Positions 42,229-53,665 of a stretch of 64,000 bases of DNA are shown piece by piece. Below the pieces are notes generated by a model, which saw only the letters and a program-made list of their open reading frames with translations, did not search any database and was not told the origin of the DNA. The stretch's first letter is position 1. Every line of letters begins with the position of its first letter. This stretch comes from an uncultured Gammaproteobacteria bacterium. GTDB taxonomy: Bacteria; Pseudomonadota; Gammaproteobacteria; JABCZS01. Location: positions 22,490-86,489 of the forward strand of contig CAWKDC010000001.1 in assembly GCA_963848305.1 (NCBI GenBank). Direction: 5' to 3'. A program made the position numbers and the translations under genes.

Positions 42229-43343
42229 TGGGTCCTTCTTGCCTCACGATCGTGATATCTCCATTTTCCACCGATTCCCCGGTAGCCATCCACCATCCCT
42301 CGAAAAATGGCCAACGCCGCCTGCGGGCGGCGTGAAACTAGATTCTTCAGAATCCGCGCTGAGCACAACACGCTGTTCAGGAGATGAAAAAAAGCGCGCC
42401 AAGGCATGGCGAGGTTTCCCCTGGCCATGAAGACGCGGTTCCGGCTCTGGTAGTAATAGGCCAAAGAATTGAACTGACCTCCGCTGCTGCTTGCCGCCCC
42501 ATGGTGAACGACCGCATGGCAGGCCATGACGGTTCTGTAGCCAGCTCGTCGGGCGGCCTCACAGATTTCCATGTCCTCGCCATATAGAAACAACTTTTCA
42601 TCCAAATAGCATCCGCGTAATCGGTAAACATCTTGAAGAGCCGCCCTACGGATGAGCATGGCTGCTCCTGACACCCAGGACATGGCCTGGAACTGCATTC
42701 CATTGTCGGGCCGGGCATGGCGTAAGGGAAAAAGAGGGCGAAACAATTGACGCGCCACGGAGACCGAGTCGTCGCATCCCATGAATTGGTAATGACCGCT
42801 CTCTTCATCTTTGATCAGCGCGCCCACGATGCCCGCGCCACTCACGTGCCCTGCTTCCAGGCCACGCGCCAGACAATCTCTTTCCACCAGCGCATCATTA
42901 TTGAGGAAAAAGACGTACTCGGCGGGCAGCAGGCGGCGCAAAGCATACTGGATCGCCACATTGTTCCCGCCCGTAAATCCAAGGTTTTCCGCGTTGTTAA
43001 TCAGCACCAGCCGCCGGAAGGAACCGCAACGCTGTAAATCCTGTTCCATGGCCGCATCGCCGCCAGCGACGGCAACCTCCCTGCTGTACTCAACAAAAGC
43101 CCCGCCTTCCCGGAAGTGAGCCTTCGCCCAGGCACGCAACTCCGCAAGGGATTCGTTACCTGAACCATTTTCCACCACAACTATCAGGTAATTTGGATAT
43201 TCGAGCTGCCGGACGGATCCGATGCATTCCAAGGTGTGTCGCCAACTATTCCAGTTTAAAATGCTGATCGCCACAAGGGGTGCGGACGGCTCCCACGCAG
43301 TTTCCGGTGAGTTGAGTTCTTGCATGCTCCCCATTTTTTTCAT
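42213..43343 (-). CDS. family 2 glycosyltransferase
   Basis: ISILNWNSWRHTLECIGSV...YLIVVVENGSGNES...FTGGNN. Confidence 0.7.
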   Translation of the reverse strand: MKKMGSMQELNSPETAWEPSAPLVAISILNWNSWRHTLECIGSVRQLEYPNYLIVVVENGSGNESLAELRAWAKAHFREGGAFVEYSREVAVAGGDAAMEQDLQRCGSFRRLVLINNAENLGFTGGNNVAIQYALRRLLPAEYVFFLNNDALVERDCLARGLEAGHVSGAGIVGALIKDEESGHYQFMGCDDSVSVARQLFRPLFPLRHARPDNGMQFQAMSWVSGAAMLIRRAALQDVYRLRGCYLDEKLFLYGEDMEICEAARRAGYRTVMACHAVVHHGAASSSGGQFNSLAYYYQSRNRVFMARGNLAMPWRAFFHLLNSVLCSARILKNLVSRRPQAALAIFRGMVDGYRGIGGKWRYHDREARRTQCEIR

Positions 43344-43346
43344 CCA

Positions 43347-44498
43347 TCACCCGGCCCGCGTTGCAATCAAGACCAGTTCTTCTCCTACTTTGCCGTTTAA
43401 AAGACGGAGCGACTCTTCCAGGGCCAAAAACGCCCAAGCTTGATAAGCCACGCGGCGGCCGGGCCGGCGCCCGTCGTGCGGATGCGGCACTCCGCGGCGG
43501 ATCGCCTGACTAAAGATGTAGATCTCGCGGCTCAAACGATCGATGGTGCGCAGAGACTCCGTGTGCAGCCCCGCCCGATCTGCGCAAGCCTGAAGTCCTC
43601 GCAGCGAAAACAAGTGCAAATGGCGTGGCGGCTCAAGGCCGCGCCAACAGGATTTGAAGAAGCGGTGCCCGAGACTTTCGACATTTGGCGTTATCGCCAC
43701 CAGCCGGCCATCGGGCTTGAGAACCCGACAGCATTCACGCAGCAAGGCAACGGGATCCGGCACGTGCTCGATAACGTGGTGCAAGGTAATGGCATCGACG
43801 GAGGCGGCAGGCAGCGCCGCTGCCTCCAGCGTGCCGGTAGCCACATCCAAGCCCAAGCGCTCGCGCGCCACACGGGCGGCGTCAGGGTCAGGCTCAACCC
43901 CCTGCACTTGCCAGCCATAATCTCGCATGCGCCCCAGGAAGACCCCGCTTCCGCACCCAATGTCCAGAAGCCGGCCGTCCGCAGCTAGGGGTAAGTACAT
44001 CACTATGGCCCCCGCCGCCTCTCGCAGGAGTGGGAACAGTCGCCCCACTTTGCCCACGAGTTCCCACGAGCGGCCGGGGAGAGACGCCCGGTAACCATAG
44101 TGCATGGCAAGGACAGACATTCTTAGCTTGTAATGCCAGCTCGCCGCCACAGGTGGGGCTTCATCAGCGGAGGGCGGCTGCCCATGTGTGTGGTAATGTT
44201 CGTAGAGCTTTCCAATGTCCTCTGGCGCCGGCTGGGGGTTTAGCCACACGAGGCCACACGGTCGGCACTTGAAGAGATTCCACACACCAGGGGCATCGAA
44301 CAGCCGGTCGCGGAGGCCGGTGTAAAGGGCTTGGCCCGGGCGCCCGCAGATTCGGCAGATTCCCAAACTCCGGACACGAACCCCCTCGTTCTCAAGCGCC
44401 TCCGTGGTTCCATTTTTCGAGCAAGAGTTCATCAGCGCGATACCTTGACCCACTGTCGGATGTGCCCCTTCTCCTCCAGGTCCAGGATGTAATGCCAA
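43347..44498 (-). CDS. class I SAM-dependent methyltransferase with an N-terminal Cys4 zinc ribbon
   Basis: CRICGRPG...CRPCG; LLDIGCGSGVFLGRM...LKPDGRLV. Confidence 0.7.
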   Translation of the reverse strand: MALHPGPGGEGAHPTVGQGIALMNSCSKNGTTEALENEGVRVRSLGICRICGRPGQALYTGLRDRLFDAPGVWNLFKCRPCGLVWLNPQPAPEDIGKLYEHYHTHGQPPSADEAPPVAASWHYKLRMSVLAMHYGYRASLPGRSWELVGKVGRLFPLLREAAGAIVMYLPLAADGRLLDIGCGSGVFLGRMRDYGWQVQGVEPDPDAARVARERLGLDVATGTLEAAALPAASVDAITLHHVIEHVPDPVALLRECCRVLKPDGRLVAITPNVESLGHRFFKSCWRGLEPPRHLHLFSLRGLQACADRAGLHTESLRTIDRLSREIYIFSQAIRRGVPHPHDGRRPGRRVAYQAWAFLALEESLRLLNGKVGEELVLIATRAG

Positions 44499-45985
44499 GT
44501 AACCACCAGGAATCCGGCAGCCAGGAGCAAACTAAAGAAGATCTGGGCGAGTAGGTTGTGGCTCCAGACCCATAGAGCCAGGAAGCCAAGGGTCAGGGCA
44601 GCCAGGATCGCAAGGCTTCGCAATACGTCTCTACCCGCAAGTAAGCGGGGGGAGGAGTGCGTCACCCAGAGGGCGGCAATGGTGAGAAGCAGGAAATCAA
44701 GGGTGACGCGGGCGGAAAAGGCGAGGGCCGCTCCGGGCAGCCCAAGCTTCGTGACCAGGAACCAAAGCAGGCCGAGATGGAAAGGAACTTCGAGAAGATG
44801 AAACTTGGCAGTCAAGTCAGGGCGCCCGACCCCCTGCAAAAGATTGTAAGGAACGTAGGCAAGGGCGTTAATCAGTGTTCCCACCGTAAGGATCTGAAGC
44901 ACCAGCGTGCCCTCGGAGGCAAATTTGGCGCCGACCCAGAGGGTCAGAAGCGGACGCGCGAAGAAGATCATAGCAAGCGATGCCGCTCCAACCACAAGCA
45001 ACACGTATTTAAGAGAACGGACCAGGGCGGTGCTGATCCACGCATTGTCACCGCGCCCGTGAGAGGTGCTGAAGGCCGGAAATAGGGCGGCGGTAAGGCT
45101 GGCGGGAAGGATGATCAACTTGGACGAAATCATGAACGGGGGCGTATAGAAGCCGATCGCCGCGACGGACAAGAGTCCGCCGATAACAAATCGATCAAAG
45201 TAAGTCAGGATTGGGATAACGGCGCCAGAGACCGTGACCCAGCCACCGAAGCCGAGCAGGGGAAGAACGAGCGAGCGCTGGTATGTTATGGCATGTCTTA
45301 GAACTGGGTAAAGACGCAGGCAGAGGAGGCCATAACCCCCCAACGCCACAATTCGGCTCAACACCAAACCCAATACGACAGCACGAAGGCCAAACCCCAC
45401 GGCCAACATCATAGCGGGTAGGAGGTAATAGAGCACCGCGCTGGGCAGGCTGATTGCATTCACGAGGTCGAATCGCTGAGAAGCCCCTAGCACGCCCTGG
45501 AACGTGCCCGTGGCAAATCCAATGGGCAGGGAAATGGCCAGAATCAGAAAGACCCAGTGGGCCTCCGTTCGGAGTTGGGGCGGAATCTTGAGGAGGCGAT
45601 CGGAAAGGGCGGGCGAGCCTGCGGCGAACAGAACGCCAGCCAGCATACCAAAGCCCGTTTGCGTGGCCACGGCGGTCCAAACCAGCGCGGGCAGGCGATC
45701 GAGTTCACCCTTGCCGAGAAGTTCCGCAACAAATTTGGTGGTAGCAGGGCCGATGCCGAAATCGAGGAGAGCGAAATAGCCGACGACCAGCCAGGCGAGC
45801 GACAGCAGGCCGAAACGGTCCGCGCCCAGGCGGCGGATTACATAAGGCATCGTAACAATGCCAACCAGGAGCGGGATGACCTGCCCGGCAACATTCAATG
45901 CCGTGTTGCGGGCCAGCACATGACTACCAATTTTCAGGGCTGGGGCACGCGAAGGCTTCGGCGCAGTTTCAACTGACATTTCCAT
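44432..45985 (-). CDS. Wzx-type oligosaccharide flippase (MOP superfamily polysaccharide biosynthesis protein)
   Basis: 517 aa, 12-14 TM helices, the typical NVAGQVIPLLVGIVTMPYVIRRLG N-terminus. Confidence 0.75.
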   Translation of the reverse strand: MEMSVETAPKPSRAPALKIGSHVLARNTALNVAGQVIPLLVGIVTMPYVIRRLGADRFGLLSLAWLVVGYFALLDFGIGPATTKFVAELLGKGELDRLPALVWTAVATQTGFGMLAGVLFAAGSPALSDRLLKIPPQLRTEAHWVFLILAISLPIGFATGTFQGVLGASQRFDLVNAISLPSAVLYYLLPAMMLAVGFGLRAVVLGLVLSRIVALGGYGLLCLRLYPVLRHAITYQRSLVLPLLGFGGWVTVSGAVIPILTYFDRFVIGGLLSVAAIGFYTPPFMISSKLIILPASLTAALFPAFSTSHGRGDNAWISTALVRSLKYVLLVVGAASLAMIFFARPLLTLWVGAKFASEGTLVLQILTVGTLINALAYVPYNLLQGVGRPDLTAKFHLLEVPFHLGLLWFLVTKLGLPGAALAFSARVTLDFLLLTIAALWVTHSSPRLLAGRDVLRSLAILAALTLGFLALWVWSHNLLAQIFFSLLLAAGFLVVTWHYILDLEEKGHIRQWVKVSR

Positions 45986-46017
45986 CTTGGTTTACTGACA
46001 AATGGCGAGTATACGCT

Positions 46018-46838
46018 TTAACCGCCGCGCCGCGCAATTCCACTGCCCCTCCCGTCCCTGGGTCCCCGCCTGTGCCCCATCACATCGAGGAGCGAGAGAG
46101 CCATAAACTGGGGGCCGTAGATCAAGGCCCGTCGCCAGACGGTGCGGGGCTCATGCAACAATCGCCATAGCCATTCCAAGCCGGATTGGCTGGCCCAGCG
46201 CGGAGCCGGAACAACTCTTCCACTGTGAAACTTGATCGCCGCCCCGACCGCGACGATCACCGGCGCCTTCAGCCGGTCGCGGTGGGCGACAATCCACCTC
46301 TCCTGTTTGGGAAGCCCCAGCGCCACCCAAAGCACATCGGGGTTAGCCTGATTAATCATTTCAATGACTTGCGCGTCTTCTTCGGGAGTAAGCTGGCGAA
46401 AAGGGGGCGAATAGGCGCCGACAATCTGTACCCCCGGGTGCTTCTGCCGCAGCCGGTTGCTCGCCGAGCGTCAGGGTTTCATCCGTATCACCGTAGAAGT
46501 AATTGGTGATATCCCTTCTCGCGGGAAAGCTCACAAAATGCCGACATTAAATCCGCCCCGCGAACCTGATGGGTGGCACAGGACATTTTTTTGGCCGCAA
46601 CCCGGGCAGCCCAGCGCCCGTCCGGCACGGAAAGGTCGGCGGTATGGAGAACGGCACGGAAATCGGGGTGCTTGTGCGCCTCAAGCGCCCCGTGCGAACC
46701 CGTCACCGCGATCCAATGGGGCTGGCGACGCTCCCGGATCCATTGCTCCATCAAGCGCAAGACAGACTTAATGTCAATAATATGAACGGGCGCTCCGAGA
46801 ACCTCGGTGCAGGGCGGGAGCCCGGCCTGTTCGGTCAA
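46018..46838 (-). CDS. WecB/TagA/CpsF-family glycosyltransferase (GT26), with two frameshifts
   Basis: N-terminal piece (ORF 46488..46838) and C-terminal piece (46018..46359: LGLPKQERW...) in different frames. Confidence 0.6.
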
Positions 46839-47575
46839 AAGGTTGCGCTTCCATATTCATGTTGGACTACGGTAACTTTCGGCCGCGCGGCACCCATTAG
46901 CCCTTTACCCCGAATGGCTGGCGCTTCGCACGGGGGCTTGCCTACCGGCGCCATTCGCTTTTTTGAGGCCCGCCGCCCGCCCAGCAACCGTGGCAGCTTT
47001 GCTGAGCGCTCTTCCCATTTTCCGGTAAAGGTCACGAGGAAGGAGATGAAAACCAGGCGAAGGTCCAACCAAAAGCTTTGCTTCTTGATGTAGACAAGAT
47101 CGTAACGGAGCTTCTGGCGGCGGGGCAATTCGCTGTGGCCATAAATCTGAGCGATTCCGGTAAGCCCTGGGGTAACGGCGTGACGGCGGTCGAACCCGGG
47201 TATTTCCACCCGAAATTTCTTCACCAGTTCCGACCACTCGGGCCGAGGTCCGACAAAACTCATGTCACCGCGGAAGATATTCCAAAGCTGCGGAAGCTCG
47301 TCCATCGCCGTGGCACGCAGAATCCGGCCCACGCGCGTAATTCGCGGATCGCGTTCGGTGGCCGGAACGACTCCCCACTTGGCATCCGAATCCGGCACCA
47401 TGGAGCGGAACTTGACGCTTTGGAATTCCTTGCAATCCTTCCCCACGCGGGGTTGGCCATAGAAAATGGGACCGCCATCCTCGATCTTAATGGCAACGGC
47501 AATCGTCGCCCAAATCGGCGAAGAAACAATCAAGCCGAGTCCGGAAAGCGAAATGTCAAAGATGCGTTTGAGCAT
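46835..47575 (-). CDS. polyprenyl-phosphate sugar-phosphate transferase (bacterial sugar transferase, priming enzyme)
   Basis: [19 protein letters not shown]...[26 protein letters not shown]...[21 protein letters not shown]. Confidence 0.8.
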   Translation of the reverse strand: MLKRIFDISLSGLGLIVSSPIWATIAVAIKIEDGGPIFYGQPRVGKDCKEFQSVKFRSMVPDSDAKWGVVPATERDPRITRVGRILRATAMDELPQLWNIFRGDMSFVGPRPEWSELVKKFRVEIPGFDRRHAVTPGLTGIAQIYGHSELPRRQKLRYDLVYIKKQSFWLDLRLVFISFLVTFTGKWEERSAKLPRLLGGRRASKKRMAPVGKPPCEAPAIRGKGLMGAARPKVTVVQHEYGSATF

Positions 47576-47586
47576 GTTTAGTTTAT

Positions 47587-48113
47587 AGGTTACAGGGCAT
47601 AGGTTACAGCACTCAAGCTACCATCTAAACTTATGATTCCCTGCCCCTATTGCCTTTCACCTGATCCTTCGAGCAGGCGCTTCCGCAACGCTGTAAGCAT
47701 CTTGCTTATTTCAGTTATCAGACTAAGACTCGGTTCTGCCTCGTCTTTGGTCAAGTAGACCAGTCGGACAGCCAACATCAAGAAAGTCTCGGTCTCCATA
47801 AGAGAGCCTTTAGCGATTGCTAGAAAATTTGCATAGTCCTTCCGGCTTCCCCGGGCGCTGCCTTCCGCGATATTGGCCGGGACAGATGCCACTGCTCGGG
47901 TGATTTGTGCAGTAAGACGGTACATTTCTGTCGGTGGAAACCGGGATGCCAGACGATATATTTGGACAGCCAAGTCCATCGCCTTCTGCCATACAACCAA
48001 GTCGCGATGCGATCTTATCGGTCGCCTGTCGCCTATAACCAAACAACCTGACCCCTGGTCACCAATCACCTTTCCCCCGTAGCCGGAGACCTGTAACCTG
48101 TCCCCTGTAACCT
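47587..48113. repeat. 23-bp inverted repeats (aggttacagggcataggttacag / ctgtaacctgtcccctgtaacct) bracketing the four-helix-bundle gene
   Basis: Left 47587-47609, right 48091-48113, reverse-complementary with two mismatches. Confidence 0.55.
47647..48069 (-). CDS. four-helix-bundle protein (23S rRNA intervening-sequence protein / Avd-like family)
   Basis: DLVVWQKAMDLAVQIYRLASRFP..EMYRLTAQITRAVASVPANIAEG..R.S.KDYANFLAIAKGSLMETETFL. Confidence 0.6.
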   Translation of the reverse strand: MIGDQGSGCLVIGDRRPIRSHRDLVVWQKAMDLAVQIYRLASRFPPTEMYRLTAQITRAVASVPANIAEGSARGSRKDYANFLAIAKGSLMETETFLMLAVRLVYLTKDEAEPSLSLITEISKMLTALRKRLLEGSGERQ

Positions 48114-48114
48114 T

Positions 48115-49275
48115 TTACCTTTCGCCTCCCAAGCCACCGGGCAATGTCAGCAGGGCTCGCAAGGTTGCCAGCAGTGCACGATGGTGCCAATCAAACTTCA
48201 GCTTGCCATTCAATCGAACCAACAGGTTGGAGGCATTTGCTGCATCGAAGAATCTGTCAATTTGCTTGTCAGTAAAGTGGCTGGCAAGCTTCCGGGCGAA
48301 ATATCCAACCATCAACTCATTGCCGAAAGTCGATCGCCAATAACGTTCGAATTCGCCCAAGGTCCGGGCGTTGAAGTTCTTGCTCCGGAAAGCGCGAATC
48401 AGCACGTCAGCCACCAGTTCGGCGGAAAGTAGCCCGTAGTAGATTCCGCCACCCGTTGTGGTCTTGATGTGCCCGGCCGCTTCACCTGCGGCGATAACGC
48501 GGTCCGAAACGCAGCGACCCACGGCGGCCTGGGCAATCCCCTTTCGATCGATACGTAATGTCGAAATGTCTGTCTGGGGCGCAATTCTACGGACGAGCCT
48601 GGCGAAATAAGGGTCGGGGTTGTCCTCCGTCATAAGCCCCACTCTCCACCGGTTGTTACCCAGAGGAATTTCCCAGCCAAATGCGCCGGGGGCAACCCCT
48701 TGGCCCACAAATACCCGGGTGGCATTCCCATGCCCATTAGGTGGCAGGGACATTTCCGCCTGGACGGCGCGAAGGAATTGCCGGGGATGCGCCAATCCCA
48801 GGGCAGAGTTCAAGGAACCATTAACGCCGGTGGTTATGACCGCCACCTGTGCCCGCACTCTGGCCGGCCCTGTCTCCGAATGGCGGAATTGGACTTCCAC
48901 CGAATGTTTTTCAACCTGCAGAGAATTCACCCAGCAACCAAGCTGCAAGTTCACGCCGGCGTTAACGGCGCGCTGGGCCAAAGCACGATTAAATTCACCT
49001 TTATCGATTACCTGTGCGAGCGGCGCATCCGTCCGATGCTCCAACTTCCTTCCCCCGGGGGAAATGGCTTGAATGCATCGAATGTTTGACAAGATAGGCT
49101 GCGAGGGAAGGTCAAATCGAGGAAAAGCTTCGTCACCGACCACGCCCGAGCAGATCGCCCTTTCGCCAACCCGGTTTTGGGCCTCGAAGAGGACAACATC
49201 CAGCCCTGCCTGTGCCAACAGAAAAGAGGCGTGAATGCCTGCCGGACCTGCTCCGATGACGACTACGTCCTTCAA
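48115..49275 (-). CDS. FAD-dependent oxidoreductase, geranylgeranyl-reductase family
   Basis: MKDVVVIGAGPAGIHASFLLAQAGLDVVLFE dinucleotide-binding motif, 386 aa. Confidence 0.6.
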   Translation of the reverse strand: MKDVVVIGAGPAGIHASFLLAQAGLDVVLFEAQNRVGERAICSGVVGDEAFPRFDLPSQPILSNIRCIQAISPGGRKLEHRTDAPLAQVIDKGEFNRALAQRAVNAGVNLQLGCWVNSLQVEKHSVEVQFRHSETGPARVRAQVAVITTGVNGSLNSALGLAHPRQFLRAVQAEMSLPPNGHGNATRVFVGQGVAPGAFGWEIPLGNNRWRVGLMTEDNPDPYFARLVRRIAPQTDISTLRIDRKGIAQAAVGRCVSDRVIAAGEAAGHIKTTTGGGIYYGLLSAELVADVLIRAFRSKNFNARTLGEFERYWRSTFGNELMVGYFARKLASHFTDKQIDRFFDAANASNLLVRLNGKLKFDWHHRALLATLRALLTLPGGLGGER

Positions 49276-49378
49276 ACTGTCTCCCTCGCCCTTCTATTCG
49301 TCTTGATACTTCCCCAGCAACAGAATTCAGTGAAATCACTTAGACCGCGTAAGCCCATCGTAGTTGATGTCCGGATCG

Positions 49379-50293
49379 TCAAAACCCTGTCACCTGCGAC
49401 TGGAGCAACTCCTGGCCACGCCCAGATATCTGTATATTGAACTCGCCCAATCGTTGGCCTTCCTTGAGGTAATGCGCCAGACCGACCATCCAATGGGGAA
49501 GGGCGCCCAGATGATTTTCAATCAAGCGACGATTTTCCAGCACGGAATACGCCGGCCGAGGGGCCCTTCGTCCGGATTCCTGAGTCGAAATCGGTACCAC
49601 GCGCACTCGCTTCAGTCCCGCCAATTCTACGATCGACTGGGCAAATTCAAACCAACTACAGTTCCCCGCCCCTGTCGCGTGGTAGATTCCGTAAGCTTCG
49701 GTTCGCATCATCTCTGCAAGCTTCAAAGCCAAGTGGTGCGTATACGTCGGGGAGCCCCGTTGGTCACTCACCACCCGAAGCTCGTCACGCTCCATGGCAA
49801 ATTTGACAATCGTGGCCACAAAATTCTTGCCGCGCGGCCCGTACAGCCAAGAAGATCTGACAATGAAGTACCGCTTGAGCAACGACTGCACGTGACATTC
49901 GCCCCCCAACTTCGACTGGCCGTAAACGCTGAGGGGATGGGTGGCGTCATCCTCCCGATAGGGTCTTTCCGATGATCCATCAAATACATAGTCGGTGCTA
50001 ACGTACAGCAAAATCGCGCCGCTTTCGGCACAAGATCGCGCCAGATTCCGCGTCCCCTGGGTATTGACCTCGTCGGCCAACCGGGGGTTCGCTTCACAAC
50101 CGTCGACATCCGTGTAGGCAGCGAGGTGATACACAAAATCCGGCCGCAAATCCCGAAAAGCCTTTTGAACCGCGGCCTCATGAGAGATGTCAAAATCGTT
50201 GAGGTCCACGCCCACAACTTCGTGTTCGCTCCCCAGGCATGGCAGCAGCGCATTCGCCAGCATTCCCTTGGCGCCCGTGACAAGAACGCGCAC
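49379..50293 (-). CDS. rfbD: dTDP-4-dehydrorhamnose reductase
   Basis: MRVLVTGAKGMLANAL...STDYVFDG...YGQSK. Confidence 0.8.
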   Translation of the reverse strand: MRVLVTGAKGMLANALLPCLGSEHEVVGVDLNDFDISHEAAVQKAFRDLRPDFVYHLAAYTDVDGCEANPRLADEVNTQGTRNLARSCAESGAILLYVSTDYVFDGSSERPYREDDATHPLSVYGQSKLGGECHVQSLLKRYFIVRSSWLYGPRGKNFVATIVKFAMERDELRVVSDQRGSPTYTHHLALKLAEMMRTEAYGIYHATGAGNCSWFEFAQSIVELAGLKRVRVVPISTQESGRRAPRPAYSVLENRRLIENHLGALPHWMVGLAHYLKEGQRLGEFNIQISGRGQELLQSQVTGF

Positions 50294-51340
50294 TACTTTC
50301 TTCCTCCGCGGTTGAGCACTTTCTTCATCGTGGAATCCCGACGATCATACTGCTGGCGGTAATATGCACGATAGGCGCGCGCCGTCACGCGCCTTATCCA
50401 TTCACCGTTGGAAAGGTACCAGTCAACAGTTTGCTTCAGTCCATCTTCCAAGGTTATTTGCGGCCCCCAACCCAATTCCTTTTTTGCCTTTTCGCTGTTG
50501 AGGGCGTACCGGCGGTCATGACCGGGGCGATCCTGCACATAGGTCAGCAAGGAATCGGGCTTTGCCGACAAGCTGCAAAATACGGCGCGCGATTTCAAGG
50601 TTGGGCCATTCGTTCCCGGCGCCCAGATTGTAAATCTCTCCGTCACGGCCCTGGTGCAGGGCAGCATCCAGCCCTGCGCAATGATCCATGACATGGATCC
50701 AATCCCTGATCTGTAGCCCGTCCCCGTACACAGGAATATTCTCCCCCTGAAGTGCACGGGTAATAATGAGTGGGATGAATTTCTCCGGGTACTGGTAGGG
50801 GCCGTAGTTATTTGTGCACCTTGTGATAATAACCGGAAATCGGTAAGTACGGAAGTAGGCACGAGACAGGAGGTCGGCGCCGGCTTTACTGGCCGCGTAA
50901 GGGCTGTTGGGGGCGATAAGGGATTCCTCCGTGAACTTTTCGCCGGAGGGAGCGCTTCCGTACACCTCATCGGTGCTTACCAGGATAAACCGTTTGACTC
51001 CCGCGTGACGGGCGGCGTCGAGCAAGCACTGAGTTCCGAGAACATTCGTTTTAACGAAGGCGGTGCTATCTAGAATGCTCCGGTCAACGTGGGATTCGGC
51101 CGCGAAATGGACGACCGCGTCAACCCCCTTCAAGACTTCCCGAGCTTTACTGCGATCACCAATGTCTCCGCGTACAAAAGCGTGCCGTTTGTTCTTTTCC
51201 AAATCCCGCAGGGTATGAAGGTTGCCGGAGTAGGTCAGCTTGTCCAGATCTAGAATTGAATACCCGGAGTGGTGCGCAAGGATGTAGCGAATAAAGTTCG
51301 AACCGATGAATCCTGCTCCCCCTGTGACCACGAGCTTCAT
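50293..51340 (-). CDS. rfbB: dTDP-glucose 4,6-dehydratase (one frameshift)
   Basis: MKLVVTGGAGFIGSNF...VHFAAESHVDRS...YAASKAGAD...PGHDRRYALNSEK. Confidence 0.8.
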
Positions 51341-51414
51341 TTCTAGCCCTCTATTTCTATATGGAGTTAAACGGGTATTCCAAGACCGTGACAAAGTACT
51401 TGGGCCTTGAGAAG

Positions 51415-52140
51415 CTATGGATGCGGCATGCCATCTGCCACCAGGTTCGTTGCCAATCGGAGTGACTCGAAAGTCCCCGCGTCCGTCCACCAGCCTTCCA
51501 AAATGCTGTGAGTTAAGGTGCCTTCCCGCAAATAGGCATTGTTGACATCGGTTATTTCCAGCTCGCCGCGATGGGAAGGTTTGAGTCGGTTGGCCTTTTC
51601 GAATACCGTTGCGTCATAGAAGTAAACACCGGTGACGGCAAAATGACTTGCCGGGGATGCCGGCTTTTCTTCGATGCGGGCAATCCTGTCCCCATCAAAC
51701 ACCGGGACGCCAAACCGTTCGGGGTTGGAAACTTCCTTGAGGAGGATGTGTGCCCCATTGGGTTGCTGCACAAATTTCTCGGCAGCCTGCTTGATGCTTC
51801 CCTCCAGAATATTGTCACCAAGAATCACGCAAATCCTTTCACCTTCCGCAAAAGCCTCAGCCAGCCGAAGAGCATCGGCGATCCCGCCTTCCCCCTCTTG
51901 ATAGGCATAATTCAGACGCTTCAGTCCAAATTCCTTCCCATTGGCCAGCAATCGCAGGAAGTCGCCAGCGTTGCGTCCTCCGGTAACAATGAGGATCTGT
52001 TCGATTCCAGCATTTACCAGTGTCCGGAGGGGATAATAAATCATAGGAGCGTCGTATACCGGCAGCAAGTGCTTATTGGTAACTTTTGTCAAAGGGAACA
52101 ACCGCGAACCTGTTCCACCTGCCAGAATGACACCCTTCAT
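51415..52140 (-). CDS. sugar-phosphate nucleotidyltransferase, glucose-1-phosphate thymidylyltransferase-like (short form)
   Basis: MKGVILAGGTGSRLFPLTKVTNKHLLPVYDAPMIYYPL...GDNIL...WTDAGTFESL. Confidence 0.7.
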   Translation of the reverse strand: MKGVILAGGTGSRLFPLTKVTNKHLLPVYDAPMIYYPLRTLVNAGIEQILIVTGGRNAGDFLRLLANGKEFGLKRLNYAYQEGEGGIADALRLAEAFAEGERICVILGDNILEGSIKQAAEKFVQQPNGAHILLKEVSNPERFGVPVFDGDRIARIEEKPASPASHFAVTGVYFYDATVFEKANRLKPSHRGELEITDVNNAYLREGTLTHSILEGWWTDAGTFESLRLATNLVADGMPHP

Positions 52141-52269
52141 CTCGTAATCCTCCTAATGCTCGGCCACCGCGACTCACAACTGACTCCCAGACGTTGTCCG
52201 TCCCATACCCATCGCCCAGAAACGGAGTTCGTCAGGATAGGGAGAACGATCCCCCTCCACTAAAGTCCT

Positions 52270-53494
52270 TCAATTCAAAAATCCCTCGTCGCGTTCTGAA
52301 GCCGGTTCCGAGACCACTCTTCTGGGGCGATCAGGCAAAGAGCTTAAATGCGTTGCGACGGCGACGCACACCACAAACCAAGCGGCATTGGCAGCAACAC
52401 GCAAGTTGAAATCGACCAAACTATGGCAGAGCAATCCCACCGCGCCCACCACCGCGCCGACTTGAATCCAACCCCACCTCGTCCGGAGACGTTCCGGGAT
52501 GTGTAGAAAAGCCCGGCGAAAGAAAAGCACCAACCCCCAAATCAAAAGGACGCCCCCCGCCAATCCCGTCTCCGCCAAGCCCTCCGCGAAGTCATTGTGG
52601 GCATGTGACCAATGAAGTTCGGACGGATGAGTCATATAGGCGGGGAATACAGTCTCAAAGGATCCCACTCCGATTCCCTGCCTGAGATGGCTTCGCGCCA
52701 TTCGGAGCGTGTCCTCCGCTACCCAGAATCGGTCGCCCAATTTCCCTTGGATGGAGTTTTCCGTTTGGAAAATTGACAAGGCGCGGTTGCCCACACGGCC
52801 CGAACTAGCCATCCAGGCGAAAACGCCAGCCGAGATCAAAACCCCTCCGAGGATCAGGGGGAAGGCGCGATGCCACACGCCCGTGGGCCGATGCCAAAAA
52901 ATGATGAATCCAAAAACCAGGACTTCCACCAGCATAACCGCGGCACCGCCCCGCGAACCGCTGATCACAATCGGAGGCGAGGGCAACTCCCACGACCAGC
53001 CAGAGCAACAGCCGTGGCACCTTTCGCGAGTACCCCGAAAGGACATATCCCGCCGCGATCGGAATCAGCATTTCCATTAAGCCACAGTAGTCGTTGGCGC
53101 TAACGTAGGGGCCGAAAGGACCGAATGGCGTCGCCACACTCCAATAGATCAAGCCTTGTCCTGTCGTCATAACCTGTGCGAGGGCCAGCACGCTCAGACC
53201 CAATGCGAGCATGGTAACAACCAATCCCCACCATTTTAGGGCCCTGCCATTTTCGGGTTGCGTAAATAAAAGTTGGCCCGCCAGGAAGAAGAACACAAAG
53301 TTGGTGATGAGCTTCAGGACGGCCTCACGCGTGGCCACGTGATCAGCGGTCAATCCCGCAAAGAATTGTACACTTGCGATCAAAAGCAGCAACAGGAAAG
53401 GCCAGTAGAGCGGAGACCAGCTCACCTCGAGAATGCCGCGATGAGCGCAACCCGCAGCCCATAGAACCAGCGTGAGCAAGGCCAAAACCATCAA
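52270..53494 (-). CDS. O-antigen ligase/Wzy-like polymerase family membrane protein (one frameshift)
   Basis: Two overlapping ORFs with multiple TM helices and a large periplasmic loop; position within the EPS locus. Confidence 0.5.
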
Positions 53495-53665
53495 GGCACC
53501 CCAGGCCCACGGCTGTACGGCGCCGAAAGCCCACGGGGCGGCAAAAATTGTGGCCAGAAAGAGAATTCGCGCTCCAGAGTGGAAAAGAGATGAGTCCGCC
53601 CGGCCGTCGTCATGCGGTGTGGTTCTGCCGCGATGATGGGAAGACCTTGAAATGGTTGGGGATTG

